A stretch of 64,000 bases of DNA from Candidatus Phycocordibacter aenigmaticus (GCA_045401115.1 CP174359.1:483247-547246), one strand, 5' to 3'. Numbered from the stretch's first letter, positions 48,732 through 58,873 are shown. Numbers and translations: made by a program. Notes: a model not told the origin generated them from the sequence alone.

Positions 48732-49798
48732 TTATTGACGTGTTTAAAATTTTTTTCCCGGCAGTCATTGCCTTTGTGGGCGGGCTTATGTTGACGCCTT
48801 TTTTAACACATTACCTTTATAAATATCGTGCTTGGAAAAAAACACCAGGAAAAATTGACTTAGGAGGTCAGGAAGCAAAGGTATTTAATACACTTCATAA
48901 AGATAGGGAAACAAAGACTCCCCGTATGGGTGGGGTGGTGATATGGCTTTCAGCTTTTATCACTATAATGGTGATATGGGTACTTGCACAGTTCTTTCCG
49001 TTCTCAATTTTTGAAAAGCTTGATTTCCTTTCTCGCAGTCAAACATGGATACCGCTTTCATTATTTTTATTTGGATCTTTTGTTGGCTTGATTGATGATC
49101 TATTAGAAATTCGTGCAAGCAAAGGTTTTTCACAAGGCCTCTCAATTCAAGTAAGGCTTGCTGTAGTAGGGTCTCTTGCGCTCGCGGCCGGTATTTGGTT
49201 TTTCACTAAACTCGACGTGGTGTCTATAGGTATTCCTTTCTTTGATCCCTTAGTAATTGGGTGGCTTATTGTGCCTCTTTTTGTAATGGCAGCTCTCTTT
49301 ATTTATGCGTCTGGTGTTATTGATGGTATTGACGGTCTCGCTGGTGGGGTATTTGCTACTATTTTTGCTGCCTACGCTGGAGTTGCGTTTTTCCAAAATC
49401 AAATTGATTTAGCGGCATTTTCAGCAACTATATCCGGCGCCACACTTGCGTTTCTTTGGTTTAATATTCCGCCTGCTCGGTTTTATATGAGTGAAACAGG
49501 CACCATGGGTCTTACGCTGGCACTTGTGACTATTGCATTTATGACCGACACGCTCGGTGACGGCCATGGTTTTTTAGCGCTTGGGATTATTGCGTTCCCA
49601 CTTATTGCAACCGTCTGTTCTAATATTCTGCAAGTACTTTCAAAAAAAATTCGTAATGGTAAAAAGTTATTCAAGGTTGCCCCACTTCATCATCATTTCG
49701 AAGCAATTGGGTGGCCCAGCTACAAAGTAACGATGCGTTATTGGGTGCTTTCGGTTATGTTCGCTATCATTGGGATTGCTTTTGCGTTGCTTGGATAA
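48728..49798 (+). CDS. mraY: Phospho-N-acetylmuramoyl-pentapeptide transferase
   Basis: TPRMGG, DD, DGIDGL, FNIPPARFYM, APLHHHFE. Confidence 0.95.
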   Translation: MIIDVFKIFFPAVIAFVGGLMLTPFLTHYLYKYRAWKKTPGKIDLGGQEAKVFNTLHKDRETKTPRMGGVVIWLSAFITIMVIWVLAQFFPFSIFEKLDFLSRSQTWIPLSLFLFGSFVGLIDDLLEIRASKGFSQGLSIQVRLAVVGSLALAAGIWFFTKLDVVSIGIPFFDPLVIGWLIVPLFVMAALFIYASGVIDGIDGLAGGVFATIFAAYAGVAFFQNQIDLAAFSATISGATLAFLWFNIPPARFYMSETGTMGLTLALVTIAFMTDTLGDGHGFLALGIIAFPLIATVCSNILQVLSKKIRNGKKLFKVAPLHHHFEAIGWPSYKVTMRYWVLSVMFAIIGIAFALLG

Positions 49799-49838
49799 AA
49801 AGTATATAGGTAAAGAAGGTCTGCTACTATAAAAGATA

Positions 49839-50945
49839 ATGTTTAATAAGAAAAAACGTCCTTTTGACCCGGTGATGTTTTTTGCAGTTGTCGCTCTTGT
49901 TTTGGGTGGTTTTTTAGTTTTTATGTCCGCTTCATTAGGTCTTTTAGCGCAAGATGGTGCTCAATTTTCTGATATTGCATCTTCGCAGTTCCTTCTTGGT
50001 GTTGTTGGCGGTTTTGCTGCACTATATATTACTAGCCATATTCCGTATAGATTCTGGCGTCATTATTCACTCTATATTTTTATAGGATCAGCACTGCTGA
50101 TGTTGCTGGTATTTGTTCCGGGTATTGGCCTTGAATTGAATGGGGCACGTCGGTGGATTGATCTCGGTATTACTACAGTACAGCCGGCAGAATTTTTAAA
50201 AATTGCATATATTCTCTATCTTGCAACATGGCTCTCACAAAGAAAATCGAAAAAACGTCCTTTTTTACACCGTGTAGCACCATTCTCTATTATTACCGGA
50301 GTTGCAGCATTGTTATTACTGATACAACCTGATACGGGAACGTTTTTAGTTTTAGCTACTGCAGGGGGTGCTATATATTTTGCATCAGGCGCAAAACTTA
50401 AAGATATCGCTCTATTAGGACTTATTGGAGTTATTGCTTTAAGTGGACTACTTTTTTCTCGTGATTATGCACTTAATCGACTTCAAACCTTTATTAACCC
50501 CGCAGCGGACCCCCTTGGAGCAGGGTACCAAATTAAACAATCGCTGATTGCAGTGGGCTCAGGTAAAACATTTGGGCGAGGATTTGGACAAAGTGTTCAG
50601 AAATTTAACTATTTACCAGAACCGACTTCGGATTCTATTTTTGCAGTCTTTGCGGAAGAATTTGGCTTCTTAGGGAGTGCATTATTAGTACTTGGTTTTA
50701 CTATTTTTAGCCTTCGAGGGCTCTGGCTGGCTGCTCGGGCGCCTGATATGTTCGGTGGACTGGTGACCCTTGGGATTGCTATACTGATATTCGTACAGTC
50801 ATTTTTAAACATTGCATCAATGCTCGCGATATTACCGCTTACTGGGTTGCCGTTGATTTTCATTAGTCATGGGGGAACCGCATTGTTTACCGCATTGGCT
50901 TCAGTTGGAATATTATTAAATATCTCTCGATTTAAACGCACATAA
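49839..50945 (+). CDS. ftsW: FtsW (SEDS family)
   Basis: NGARRWI, QPAEFLK, QPDTGT, LPEPTSDSIF, GLPLIFISHGG; between mraY and murG. Confidence 0.93.
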   Translation: MFNKKKRPFDPVMFFAVVALVLGGFLVFMSASLGLLAQDGAQFSDIASSQFLLGVVGGFAALYITSHIPYRFWRHYSLYIFIGSALLMLLVFVPGIGLELNGARRWIDLGITTVQPAEFLKIAYILYLATWLSQRKSKKRPFLHRVAPFSIITGVAALLLLIQPDTGTFLVLATAGGAIYFASGAKLKDIALLGLIGVIALSGLLFSRDYALNRLQTFINPAADPLGAGYQIKQSLIAVGSGKTFGRGFGQSVQKFNYLPEPTSDSIFAVFAEEFGFLGSALLVLGFTIFSLRGLWLAARAPDMFGGLVTLGIAILIFVQSFLNIASMLAILPLTGLPLIFISHGGTALFTALASVGILLNISRFKRT

Positions 50946-50948
50946 TTT

Positions 50949-52088
50949 ATGAAGATTGTTTTCACCGGTGGAGGAACAGGAGGGCATTTTTATCCTCTGA
51001 TTGCAGTGGCAGAAGCGCTTGATGAAATAGTAAAGGAGAGAAAAATCATTAAGCCTGATTTATATTTTTTTGGTCCGGCGCCATACGATGAGCGTATGCT
51101 TTTTGAACATGATATTACTTTTGTGCAAACCCCAGCAGGGAAGTTACGACGATATTTTTCTTTTCTCAATATTTTTGACACGATTAAAACACTGTTTGGA
51201 ATCCTCAATACATTAATAAGTCTCTATCGAATATATCCTGATGTTGTATTTTCAAAGGGAGGTTTTGGGAGCGTGCCCACATTAATTGCAGCAAAAATTT
51301 TACGCATTCCTGTTGTCGTGCATGATTCTGATGCAATCCCTGGGCGTGCCACACTTATGGCGGCTCCATTTGCGAAAAAAATCGCCATCTCTTATGAGGA
51401 GGCGTATGCTCATTTTTCTGAAAAACTCCAGGACAAAATTGCTCTTACAGGAAACCCAGTACGTCCCGGGGTTCAAAAACCAGCACGAGACGGAGTACAC
51501 GAATTCTTAAATATTTCAAAAAGCGTACCCACCATCCTTATTCTTGGCGGCTCAAGTGGTTCTGAAAAGATTAACGACACGGTACTTTCAGCGTTAGTAA
51601 ATTTAGTACAAAAGTATCAAGTAATTCACCAGACGGGGGAGAAGGCATTTACAGGAGTAGAGGAAACTGCAAAAATAATTTTAGAAAAGAATGAACGTCG
51701 ACATCATTATAAACCATATGCGTATCTCTCAGAGCTTGCTTTAAGGATGGCTGCCGGAGCGGCGGATATTATTATCTCTCGTTCAGGATCAGGGAGTATT
51801 GCTGAAATCGCTTCTTGGGGTAAAGCATCTATCTTGATCCCAATACCTGAAGCCATAAGCCGCGACCAGCGACGTAATGCTTTTGCCTATGCACATACTG
51901 GAGCGGCGATTGTTATCGATGAAACCAACCTTTCTCCGAATTTACTTGTTTCAGAGATTAACCGTTTATTTACTGATCCAAAAACTCGAAATGACATGGC
52001 AGAAGCAGCACATGAATTTGCTCGTCCAGAAGCGGGTACTCTACTTGCTGAAGCAATATTGGAAACAGCACTTGAACATGAGACGTAA
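50949..52088 (+). CDS. murG: MurG glycosyltransferase
   Basis: GGGTGGH, TGNPVR, GGSSGS, SRSG, DQRRNA. Confidence 0.96.
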   Translation: MKIVFTGGGTGGHFYPLIAVAEALDEIVKERKIIKPDLYFFGPAPYDERMLFEHDITFVQTPAGKLRRYFSFLNIFDTIKTLFGILNTLISLYRIYPDVVFSKGGFGSVPTLIAAKILRIPVVVHDSDAIPGRATLMAAPFAKKIAISYEEAYAHFSEKLQDKIALTGNPVRPGVQKPARDGVHEFLNISKSVPTILILGGSSGSEKINDTVLSALVNLVQKYQVIHQTGEKAFTGVEETAKIILEKNERRHHYKPYAYLSELALRMAAGAADIIISRSGSGSIAEIASWGKASILIPIPEAISRDQRRNAFAYAHTGAAIVIDETNLSPNLLVSEINRLFTDPKTRNDMAEAAHEFARPEAGTLLAEAILETALEHET

Positions 52089-52096
52089 GACTCGAC

Positions 52097-53116
52097 ATGC
52101 GAACACTCATTATTCTTCAACTTTTTATAGTAGCGCTCCTTGTTGTATATATTAGTTACGTGAGTTTTTTCCCTAGAACACATGTTTCTATTGCACCAAT
52201 ACAAAAAGTAACGACAGTAGAGTACGCAACCGGAGATCTTGAATATTTTTTTGAATTTACACCTGGTGTTAGAGATGACCAAGTAAAACCAGGCTGGCTT
52301 GATGACTACGAACTAATTAATACGATTAATAGTGACACGCTTAATGAGCGCTACGAATATGCAACGACCACCCCTCCGGAAACATACCGGATCATTACCC
52401 TTGGAGATTCGTGGACATACGGGCAATTTGTAAGCACCAGTGATAATTTCTCTGAAAAATTAGAGAACCTCCTGAACGAACGTTTACTCTGTAGCGCAAT
52501 TCGTAATTTTGAAGTAATTAATCTCGGAATGCCGAACTATGATATTGCGTATGCAGCAGAACGTTTTAAGATACGCGGCAGAAAATATAATCCTGATATC
52601 GTACTTTGGTTTCTTATCCCAAATGATTTTACTGAAATTACTGATGTTTTTAGAAAACTTTATAATGACGTACATGCCGCCCTTAAGGATCTCCCTGATA
52701 ATCAGGAGTATGATGAAATACAGGGCTTTAAAGGACACCGAGTTTCTTCGGGAGATGTTCATGAAGCAATGGTGGCATTTACTGCACTTGAACAAATGCA
52801 TACTCTTTATACGCCCACTGAAATACTTACATATCAATTTTCTGCTTTTGATACATTCCAAAATTATTTTCCCGGGCCGACAATTTTTTATTATGTCCCC
52901 AAGTACCTTGGTTATTTTCCAGAGATAATTTCTCGTCTTTCTTCTTATGCAGATACTAATTCAAATATTGAGCTAGTAGCGAGCGAATTTCAGTGGGAAA
53001 AAGATTTTTCATTACCTGATCAACATCCAAGCCCTAAAGGGCACGCGCGTATTGCTAGCGAATATTTTGATTACCTTTTAAAACATCATCTTACTGACTG
53101 TGTTGTCCGTGATTAA
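52097..53116 (+). CDS. SGNH/GDSL hydrolase family protein, membrane anchored
   Basis: LGDSWT, INLG, PND, DQHP. Confidence 0.85.
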   Translation: MRTLIILQLFIVALLVVYISYVSFFPRTHVSIAPIQKVTTVEYATGDLEYFFEFTPGVRDDQVKPGWLDDYELINTINSDTLNERYEYATTTPPETYRIITLGDSWTYGQFVSTSDNFSEKLENLLNERLLCSAIRNFEVINLGMPNYDIAYAAERFKIRGRKYNPDIVLWFLIPNDFTEITDVFRKLYNDVHAALKDLPDNQEYDEIQGFKGHRVSSGDVHEAMVAFTALEQMHTLYTPTEILTYQFSAFDTFQNYFPGPTIFYYVPKYLGYFPEIISRLSSYADTNSNIELVASEFQWEKDFSLPDQHPSPKGHARIASEYFDYLLKHHLTDCVVRD

Positions 53117-54815
53117 TTTTTTCTATTAGAAAATTTTCAAGCACTAAGAAATCAACAGGTTGTTCTTTAAATAGAGTTATTGCTTGTTCTGGATGCTCAG
53201 CAAGTGGTTCACCTTGAATGTTTAAACTCGTGTTAAGTACACCAGGGACGCCGCTTAGTTTAAAGAAATGTGAAATAATTTGATAGTACTCCGGGTCTGT
53301 ATCTTGGGAGACTGTTTGAATACGTACACTCCCATCATTGTGCACAACCGCAGCAATAGAATCTTTTTGTTCTGTTTGTACGTTAAAGCACATATTCATA
53401 TACGGAGCTTCGATTATGTCTTTAGGTAGAGTAAAGAAACGGGGAACTTCTTCAAAAAGCATAGAGATACCAAATGGTCGGAATGACTCTCTTTTTTTAA
53501 CCTGATTCATACGGTCTTTCATTTCTTGTGAAGTAGGTTTTGCTATAAGCGACCGAGCACCAAGTGCACGAGGACCAAACTCCATACGTCCAACAAACAG
53601 CGCTCCTACTAAATCGCTATTTAAAAGCTGCGCAATTCTTTGGTCGCGTTCATTATTTTTTTTATACTGAGTGACTGTATATTTTGGTGAGTCTTCAAAT
53701 TCTTTGAGCAACGGCTTTAACATAGTCTCGTCATAGCTACTCCCTAATTTTAATGACAGGGGAGGGGAGGGACGTTTTTTATGATCTGTAGCATATGTAG
53801 CAAAAGCCGCTCCAATAGCTGATCCGCTGTCTCCAGCGGGTCCAAAAATATGAATGTTAGTGAATGGTGTGTGTGTAAGAATTTTTCCATTAGCAAGCGC
53901 ATTAAGTGCCACGCCGCCACTAATACAAAGATTGGGGGACTGAGTCAGTTCATATGCTCTATTGATAAGTGAGAAGTATAATTCTTCCAGTACATGTTGA
54001 ATACTTGCAGCCATATCTTTATCTCTTTGTGTGAGCGGGCTTCCTGGAGTGCGTGGTGTGCCAAATTTTTTAACAAAAGCTGCAGAGAAAAGACGGTCTA
54101 CTGAACGATTAAAAAGAAAGAAAGATTGATCTAACGTAAAACTACCGTCGGGTTTTGTCTGAATAATTTCTTTAATTTTTGCTGCATATCGAGGGCTTCC
54201 ATATGCAGCAAGACCCATTACTTTGTACTCGTCATTGTTTACTTGGAAACCGAGGAAAGCAGTAAATGTTGAATACAGTAATCCGAGTGAATCAGGGAAA
54301 GAAATAGTATTAAGGCATTCAATGTTGCATCCCTCACCTTTCCATAACGCGGTGGTAGTATATTCTCCAACACCATCAACAGTAAGGACAGCTGCATCAT
54401 TAAAAGAACTTGAGAAGAAGCCTGCAGCAGCATGCGAATGGTGGTGTGTATTGAAATAAAATGGCCCAGTATATCTAAATAAATCACGGAATTTTTTCTC
54501 AACGTGCAGTTTGTTACCCAACCACTCATTAAGTGTTGTATAGAATAATTTTTCAGAACGTGGGTAACTGGAAATAATTGTATCCAAAATACGTTCAAAT
54601 TTTCTTAACGGTTTTTCGTAATACGTAACTGCAGTAAGATTTTTTGCTTCGATTCCTTCCAGCGCAAGGCACGCCTCTATTGCGTGTCGCGGGAAAGTAT
54701 TATCATGTTTGACTCTGGTGAACCGCTCTTCCTCAAAAGCGGCTACAACACGCCCATCTTTCAAAAGAGCAGCGGCACTATCATGATAAAACGCTGAGAT
54801 ACCGAGAGTGTACAT
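53091..54815 (-). CDS. O-carbamoyltransferase (NodU/CmcH/SxtI family)
   Basis: HDSAAAL, EEERFTR, HHHSHA, DGVGE, EYKVMGLA, EFGPRALG, NTSLN. Confidence 0.95.
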   Translation of the reverse strand: MYTLGISAFYHDSAAALLKDGRVVAAFEEERFTRVKHDNTFPRHAIEACLALEGIEAKNLTAVTYYEKPLRKFERILDTIISSYPRSEKLFYTTLNEWLGNKLHVEKKFRDLFRYTGPFYFNTHHHSHAAAGFFSSSFNDAAVLTVDGVGEYTTTALWKGEGCNIECLNTISFPDSLGLLYSTFTAFLGFQVNNDEYKVMGLAAYGSPRYAAKIKEIIQTKPDGSFTLDQSFFLFNRSVDRLFSAAFVKKFGTPRTPGSPLTQRDKDMAASIQHVLEELYFSLINRAYELTQSPNLCISGGVALNALANGKILTHTPFTNIHIFGPAGDSGSAIGAAFATYATDHKKRPSPPLSLKLGSSYDETMLKPLLKEFEDSPKYTVTQYKKNNERDQRIAQLLNSDLVGALFVGRMEFGPRALGARSLIAKPTSQEMKDRMNQVKKRESFRPFGISMLFEEVPRFFTLPKDIIEAPYMNMCFNVQTEQKDSIAAVVHNDGSVRIQTVSQDTDPEYYQIISHFFKLSGVPGVLNTSLNIQGEPLAEHPEQAITLFKEQPVDFLVLENFLIEKINHGQHSQ

Positions 54816-54818
54816 ACA

Positions 54819-55010
54819 TTAATACGCTTGGTCATGTGCAGCATTCTCTTCTTTTCCGTGCCAAAAAGTTGCTGCGTCTTCAGTCTGCCGCTTTTTCATA
54901 AAAAAACGAATTAGTGCAGCAGGTCCGATTCCTAAGTAGTATAGACAGAACACGAACCCACGCATGAAACCGTGATTGATTTTTTTAACGAAATTAAGAA
55001 TGTGGTGCAT
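54819..55010 (-). CDS. Short SxtJ-like membrane protein
   Basis: FCLYYLGIGPAALIRF TM, W and terminal QAY; next to carbamoyltransferase. Confidence 0.65.
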   Translation of the reverse strand: MHHILNFVKKINHGFMRGFVFCLYYLGIGPAALIRFFMKKRQTEDAATFWHGKEENAAHDQAY

Positions 55011-55018
55011 GTAACATT

Positions 55019-55171
55019 TTATATGAATGGGTATATAAATATAGGCACAGGAGAAATTTGTGAAGCGGTAAATAACAAAGCAATGATCAGTAACAGCAAG
55101 AGCGTGGGAACAATCCAGGGTTTGTTACTCAACTTGAGTAGTCGAAGAATTTGCTTCAAATCTTCACGCAT
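55019..55171 (-). CDS. DUF5989/SxtK-like small membrane protein (50 aa), not in ORF track
   Basis: MREDLKQILRLLKLSNKPWIVPTLLLLLIIALLFTASQISPVPIFIYPFI. Confidence 0.8.
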   Translation of the reverse strand: MREDLKQILRLLKLSNKPWIVPTLLLLLIIALLFTASQISPVPIFIYPFI

Positions 55172-55260
55172 ATATCCTATAGCATAGCAGAAAAAAGAAT
55201 AAGATAGTTATATATAACACTTAGTCCTTTATAAAAAATGTGCTACTTTTATGGGTACAT

Positions 55261-56598
55261 ATGCCTCAATTTGTCAGCCGTTTTGCACCAAGTCCTACGG
55301 GGCTTCTCCATGCAGGTAATTATCGCACTGCTGTTTTTGCGTATCTTTTTGCGCGCCACAATGACGGTACGTTCGTACTTCGTATTGAAGACACTGATAA
55401 AAAACGCTCTGAAACACACTATGCTGAAAATATTATGGAGACACTCGACTGGCTTGGGCTTGAATATGATGCCCTACGTCACCAAAGTGAGTGTGTAGAA
55501 GAACATGAGCGTGTACTACGGGATTTTGTTGATCGTGGTATCGCATATGTTTCAAAAGAAACCAGTGAAGACGGATCTCAGAAAGAACTCATCCGTTTTA
55601 AAAATCCTAATAAAAAAATAACCTTTACCGATGTAGTAAGAGGAGATATTACAGTTGATACTACAGACTTGGGTGATTTTGTAATTGCAAAAGGTTTTGA
55701 TGCGCCACTTTTTCATCTAGCAGTGGTTGTTGATGACGCTGTAGGAGGGATCACTCATGTTATCCGTGGCGAAGATCATATTTCAAACACACCGAGGCAA
55801 ATACTTATTTATGAAGCAATTAACGCGCATATACCGCAGTATGTTCACCTTCCGTTAGTACTCGCACAAGATCGTTCAAAACTTTCAAAACGTAAAGGAG
55901 CACGTGCGTTGCTTGAATATCGTGATTTAGGATATTTACCGGACGCTATTTTAAATTACCTCACAATGCTTGGGTGGCACCCCGGAACTGACGAAGAAGT
56001 GTTCACAAAAGAACAACTTATTGAGCGATTTACTCTTCAGCAAATACAGAAGTCTGGAGCAATTTTTGATGAGGTAAAACTTCGTTGGTTTAATCGTGAA
56101 CATATCCTTAGACTAGACCCTAAAGAATTTTCTACAAAAATAAAAGAATGGCTTTCTAAGGAAACATATACAAAACTAAGTGAGCTTAATCGTTTTGAAG
56201 CAATACTTCCTGTTATACGCGAACGTATTGAAATATTTGCCGATGTTAAAACTATGGAAACGGCAGGGGAGTTTGCGTACTTCGTTGAAACACCTCACTA
56301 TACTCCCGAAGAATTACTTTGGAAGAAAGAACCTTCTCTGGCAGTTACTAAAACACACCTTCAAAAGGCGTATGAGCTTCTTAGTGCAGTTTCCCAGTCA
56401 GAATGGGATGTAATTACCACAAAAGAAGCTCTGTGGGATTATGCGAGTGAAGTGGGGAGGGGGAATGTATTATGGCCAGTACGCTTCGCACTCACTGGTA
56501 AAGAAAAATCACCCGATCCATTTACTGTGGCTGCTATACTAGGTAAAGATGAGACACTGGCACGTATTACACACGCGATTACGCATACCACCACGTAA
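55261..56598 (+). CDS. gltX: Glutamate--tRNA ligase
   Basis: RFAPSPTG..HAGN, LRIEDTD, IRGEDH, KLSKR. Confidence 0.97.
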   Translation: MPQFVSRFAPSPTGLLHAGNYRTAVFAYLFARHNDGTFVLRIEDTDKKRSETHYAENIMETLDWLGLEYDALRHQSECVEEHERVLRDFVDRGIAYVSKETSEDGSQKELIRFKNPNKKITFTDVVRGDITVDTTDLGDFVIAKGFDAPLFHLAVVVDDAVGGITHVIRGEDHISNTPRQILIYEAINAHIPQYVHLPLVLAQDRSKLSKRKGARALLEYRDLGYLPDAILNYLTMLGWHPGTDEEVFTKEQLIERFTLQQIQKSGAIFDEVKLRWFNREHILRLDPKEFSTKIKEWLSKETYTKLSELNRFEAILPVIRERIEIFADVKTMETAGEFAYFVETPHYTPEELLWKKEPSLAVTKTHLQKAYELLSAVSQSEWDVITTKEALWDYASEVGRGNVLWPVRFALTGKEKSPDPFTVAAILGKDETLARITHAITHTTT

Positions 56599-58120
56599 AA
56601 TATTAGTACTGTGGGGGTTTTTTCTCCTCGTTTTTTTCGGGTTGTTATTTAGTGCACCATTAGCGCAAGCGGACACAGTTGCTGAATTGCGAGAAAAAAT
56701 AGAGCAACGTAATAGCCAACTTGAAGAATTAGAAGCTGAAATTGCCCGTTTTGAAGCAGAGTTAACCAAAGTTGGCGCTGATCGAAAAACATTAGAAGCT
56801 GAAATCGCTCGCCTTGATTTGTCACGAAAAAAAATCGCTACTGATATTGCGGTTACACAGAATCGGATCGATGCGACTGGTTTTGAACTTGAAGAGCTTG
56901 GAGCAACTATTGAAATTAAAGAAAAACGAATTGAAGAATCCCGTTTCGTTATTAAGAAAACCCTTCGTCTTATTAGTCAAATCGACGAGACACCTATTGC
57001 TGAACATTTTCTTTCAGGAGTTGATTTCTCTGACGCCTGGGAAGAAGCTGATCAGCTACGTCGCATACAGCATGTATTAGGTGATGAAGTGGTTGAACTT
57101 GAAGCAACACGAGCTGCGCTTGAAGCAGATTATATAAGTGCTGCGGAAAAACAAGGAGAACTTATTTCGTTTAGAAAACAACTTTCCGGTCAAAAAAGCG
57201 TCCTTGATCAGAACCGGCAAACACAGTCAGTAGTTCTCTCTGAAACCAGGGATAAAGAATCTGAATATCAAAGTTTACTTGCTGCTAAACGTGAAGCGTT
57301 TGAGCAAATTCAAGCTGAACTCCGAGAATTTGAAGCAGAACTTGAATACACACTCGATCCAACAGATATTCCAAGTCCTGGTTCGGGAATATTTACATTT
57401 CCTCTCGACCCTGCATTTATTGAGCGTTGTGCGGCACGTGAGAGCGCTTTTGGAAATATCTATTGTATTACTCAATACTTTGGTAATACTGCATTTGCTC
57501 AATCAGGGGCATATAACGGACAAGGTCATAACGGTATGGACTTTGGTGCACCTGAAGGAACGCGTGTTATCTCCGCTCTTTCAGGAATAGTAACTGCAAC
57601 TGGTGACACTGATGCTATTACTGCCGGCACAAAAGTATTTGTGACTTTTTCACAAGTTAATGTACGAAACGCTCCAAATGGTTCTATTGTTGGGAGTCAA
57701 CGATCACGGCGCACTGGAGAAGTAGTCGCTGGACCAGTAAGTGCCGGCCAATACTCGTGGTGGAAAATTAATTTTGCTAGTGGCAGTGATGGATGGGTAG
57801 CTGACATTGCTGTTGCAAACGCATGTTATTCATATGGTAAATGGATCTTAGTCACACATGCTAATGGACTTGCAACACTTTATGCGCATCTCTCACATAT
57901 CGGTGTATCACAAGGGGAGCCGATAGGGGTAGGAGGTTTCCTTGGATATTCAGGGAACACCGGTTATTCAACCGGACCGCATTTACACTTCACTGCGTAT
58001 GTAGCAGATGAGGTGCGTGTTGTAAAACTTGGTGAAGTGAAATCAAGTACAAATTGTCCAGCAGCGCGAATTCCAGTAGCTCCAACCGAGGCATACCTCA
58101 ATCCAATCGATTATTTGTAG
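56549..58120 (+). CDS. Coiled-coil M23 peptidase (EnvC/CwlO-like) with inserted SH3b-like domain
   Basis: Signal/TM, long coiled coil, HNGMD, YAH, HLH; start uncertain (overlaps gltX). Confidence 0.88.
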   Translation: MRHWHVLHTRLRIPPRKILVLWGFFLLVFFGLLFSAPLAQADTVAELREKIEQRNSQLEELEAEIARFEAELTKVGADRKTLEAEIARLDLSRKKIATDIAVTQNRIDATGFELEELGATIEIKEKRIEESRFVIKKTLRLISQIDETPIAEHFLSGVDFSDAWEEADQLRRIQHVLGDEVVELEATRAALEADYISAAEKQGELISFRKQLSGQKSVLDQNRQTQSVVLSETRDKESEYQSLLAAKREAFEQIQAELREFEAELEYTLDPTDIPSPGSGIFTFPLDPAFIERCAARESAFGNIYCITQYFGNTAFAQSGAYNGQGHNGMDFGAPEGTRVISALSGIVTATGDTDAITAGTKVFVTFSQVNVRNAPNGSIVGSQRSRRTGEVVAGPVSAGQYSWWKINFASGSDGWVADIAVANACYSYGKWILVTHANGLATLYAHLSHIGVSQGEPIGVGGFLGYSGNTGYSTGPHLHFTAYVADEVRVVKLGEVKSSTNCPAARIPVAPTEAYLNPIDYL

Positions 58121-58237
58121 TAAGTATTGCATTTTTAATAAAACATTGTGTAATACATATACACAATAATAACGGGGGAGTTCACTATAATGACTTTTTT
58201 ACGTTTAAATGAAAGAGTAACCATAATATAAAAAACT

Positions 58238-58486
58238 ATGAAAATACTACACATGATCGCGTTTACGCTTGTTATCATCGGTGGAATTAATTGGGGTCTT
58301 TTAGCGCTGACTAATTGGGAAATTGGTTCATTATTTGGCGGTATGGACGCATTAATTTCACAAATTATTTATATCCTTGTTGGCGCTTCGGCAATTTATC
58401 TCGCAGTAATGCATAAAAAAGAGTGCAGGAATTGTTCGGCGACCACAGATAAAAATGCTGATATACCACATGACATAGGTACCTAG
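58238..58486 (+). CDS. DUF378 domain protein
   Basis: LVIIGGINWGL..IIYILVGASA. Confidence 0.92.
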   Translation: MKILHMIAFTLVIIGGINWGLLALTNWEIGSLFGGMDALISQIIYILVGASAIYLAVMHKKECRNCSATTDKNADIPHDIGT

Positions 58487-58690
58487 GTACCGGGGTTACT
58501 GTATAAATCGCTTAAAATGCGGCATATGCGGCATTTTAAGTACTATATAACCAACAACTAAGAAAGAGGTAGTTTAACCTGTAATGATAAAAAGAGTTTA
58601 ATAAAAACTTATTTTATTTATCACAAAAAAGAAAGAAAGAGCCAGTGTATATATTGGACCTTAGTAACATACGTACATAAGGTAAAGACG

Positions 58691-58724
58691 GTTCAAACGG
58701 CTCAATGGAGTGAGCCGTTTGAAC
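58691..58724. repeat. Perfect 14-6-14 inverted repeat
   Basis: GTTCAAACGGCTCA-ATGGAG-TGAGCCGTTTGAAC. Confidence 0.9.
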
Positions 58725-58755
58725 GTATGAGGATAGGAATGTTTTTATGTATATA

Positions 58756-58783
58756 ACTGAGTATTAGAGATATTATACTCAGT
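58756..58783. other. Candidate dif-like recombination site
   Basis: ACTGAGTATTA-GAGATA-TTATACTCAGT, 11-6-11 geometry, about 90 bp upstream of the recombinase. Confidence 0.6.
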
Positions 58784-58873
58784 TATACACAGAGACAATC
58801 TGCCACTCCTGAAAAATATAGTACTCTTACTAGAGTGGTGCGAAAGGTGTTCACTCGCGCTCTCCCCTTGTAC

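Noticed and set aside
53091-55171. Saxitoxin biosynthesis
   Set aside because: Only sxtIJK-like genes; no sxtA/sxtG or other core genes in the window.
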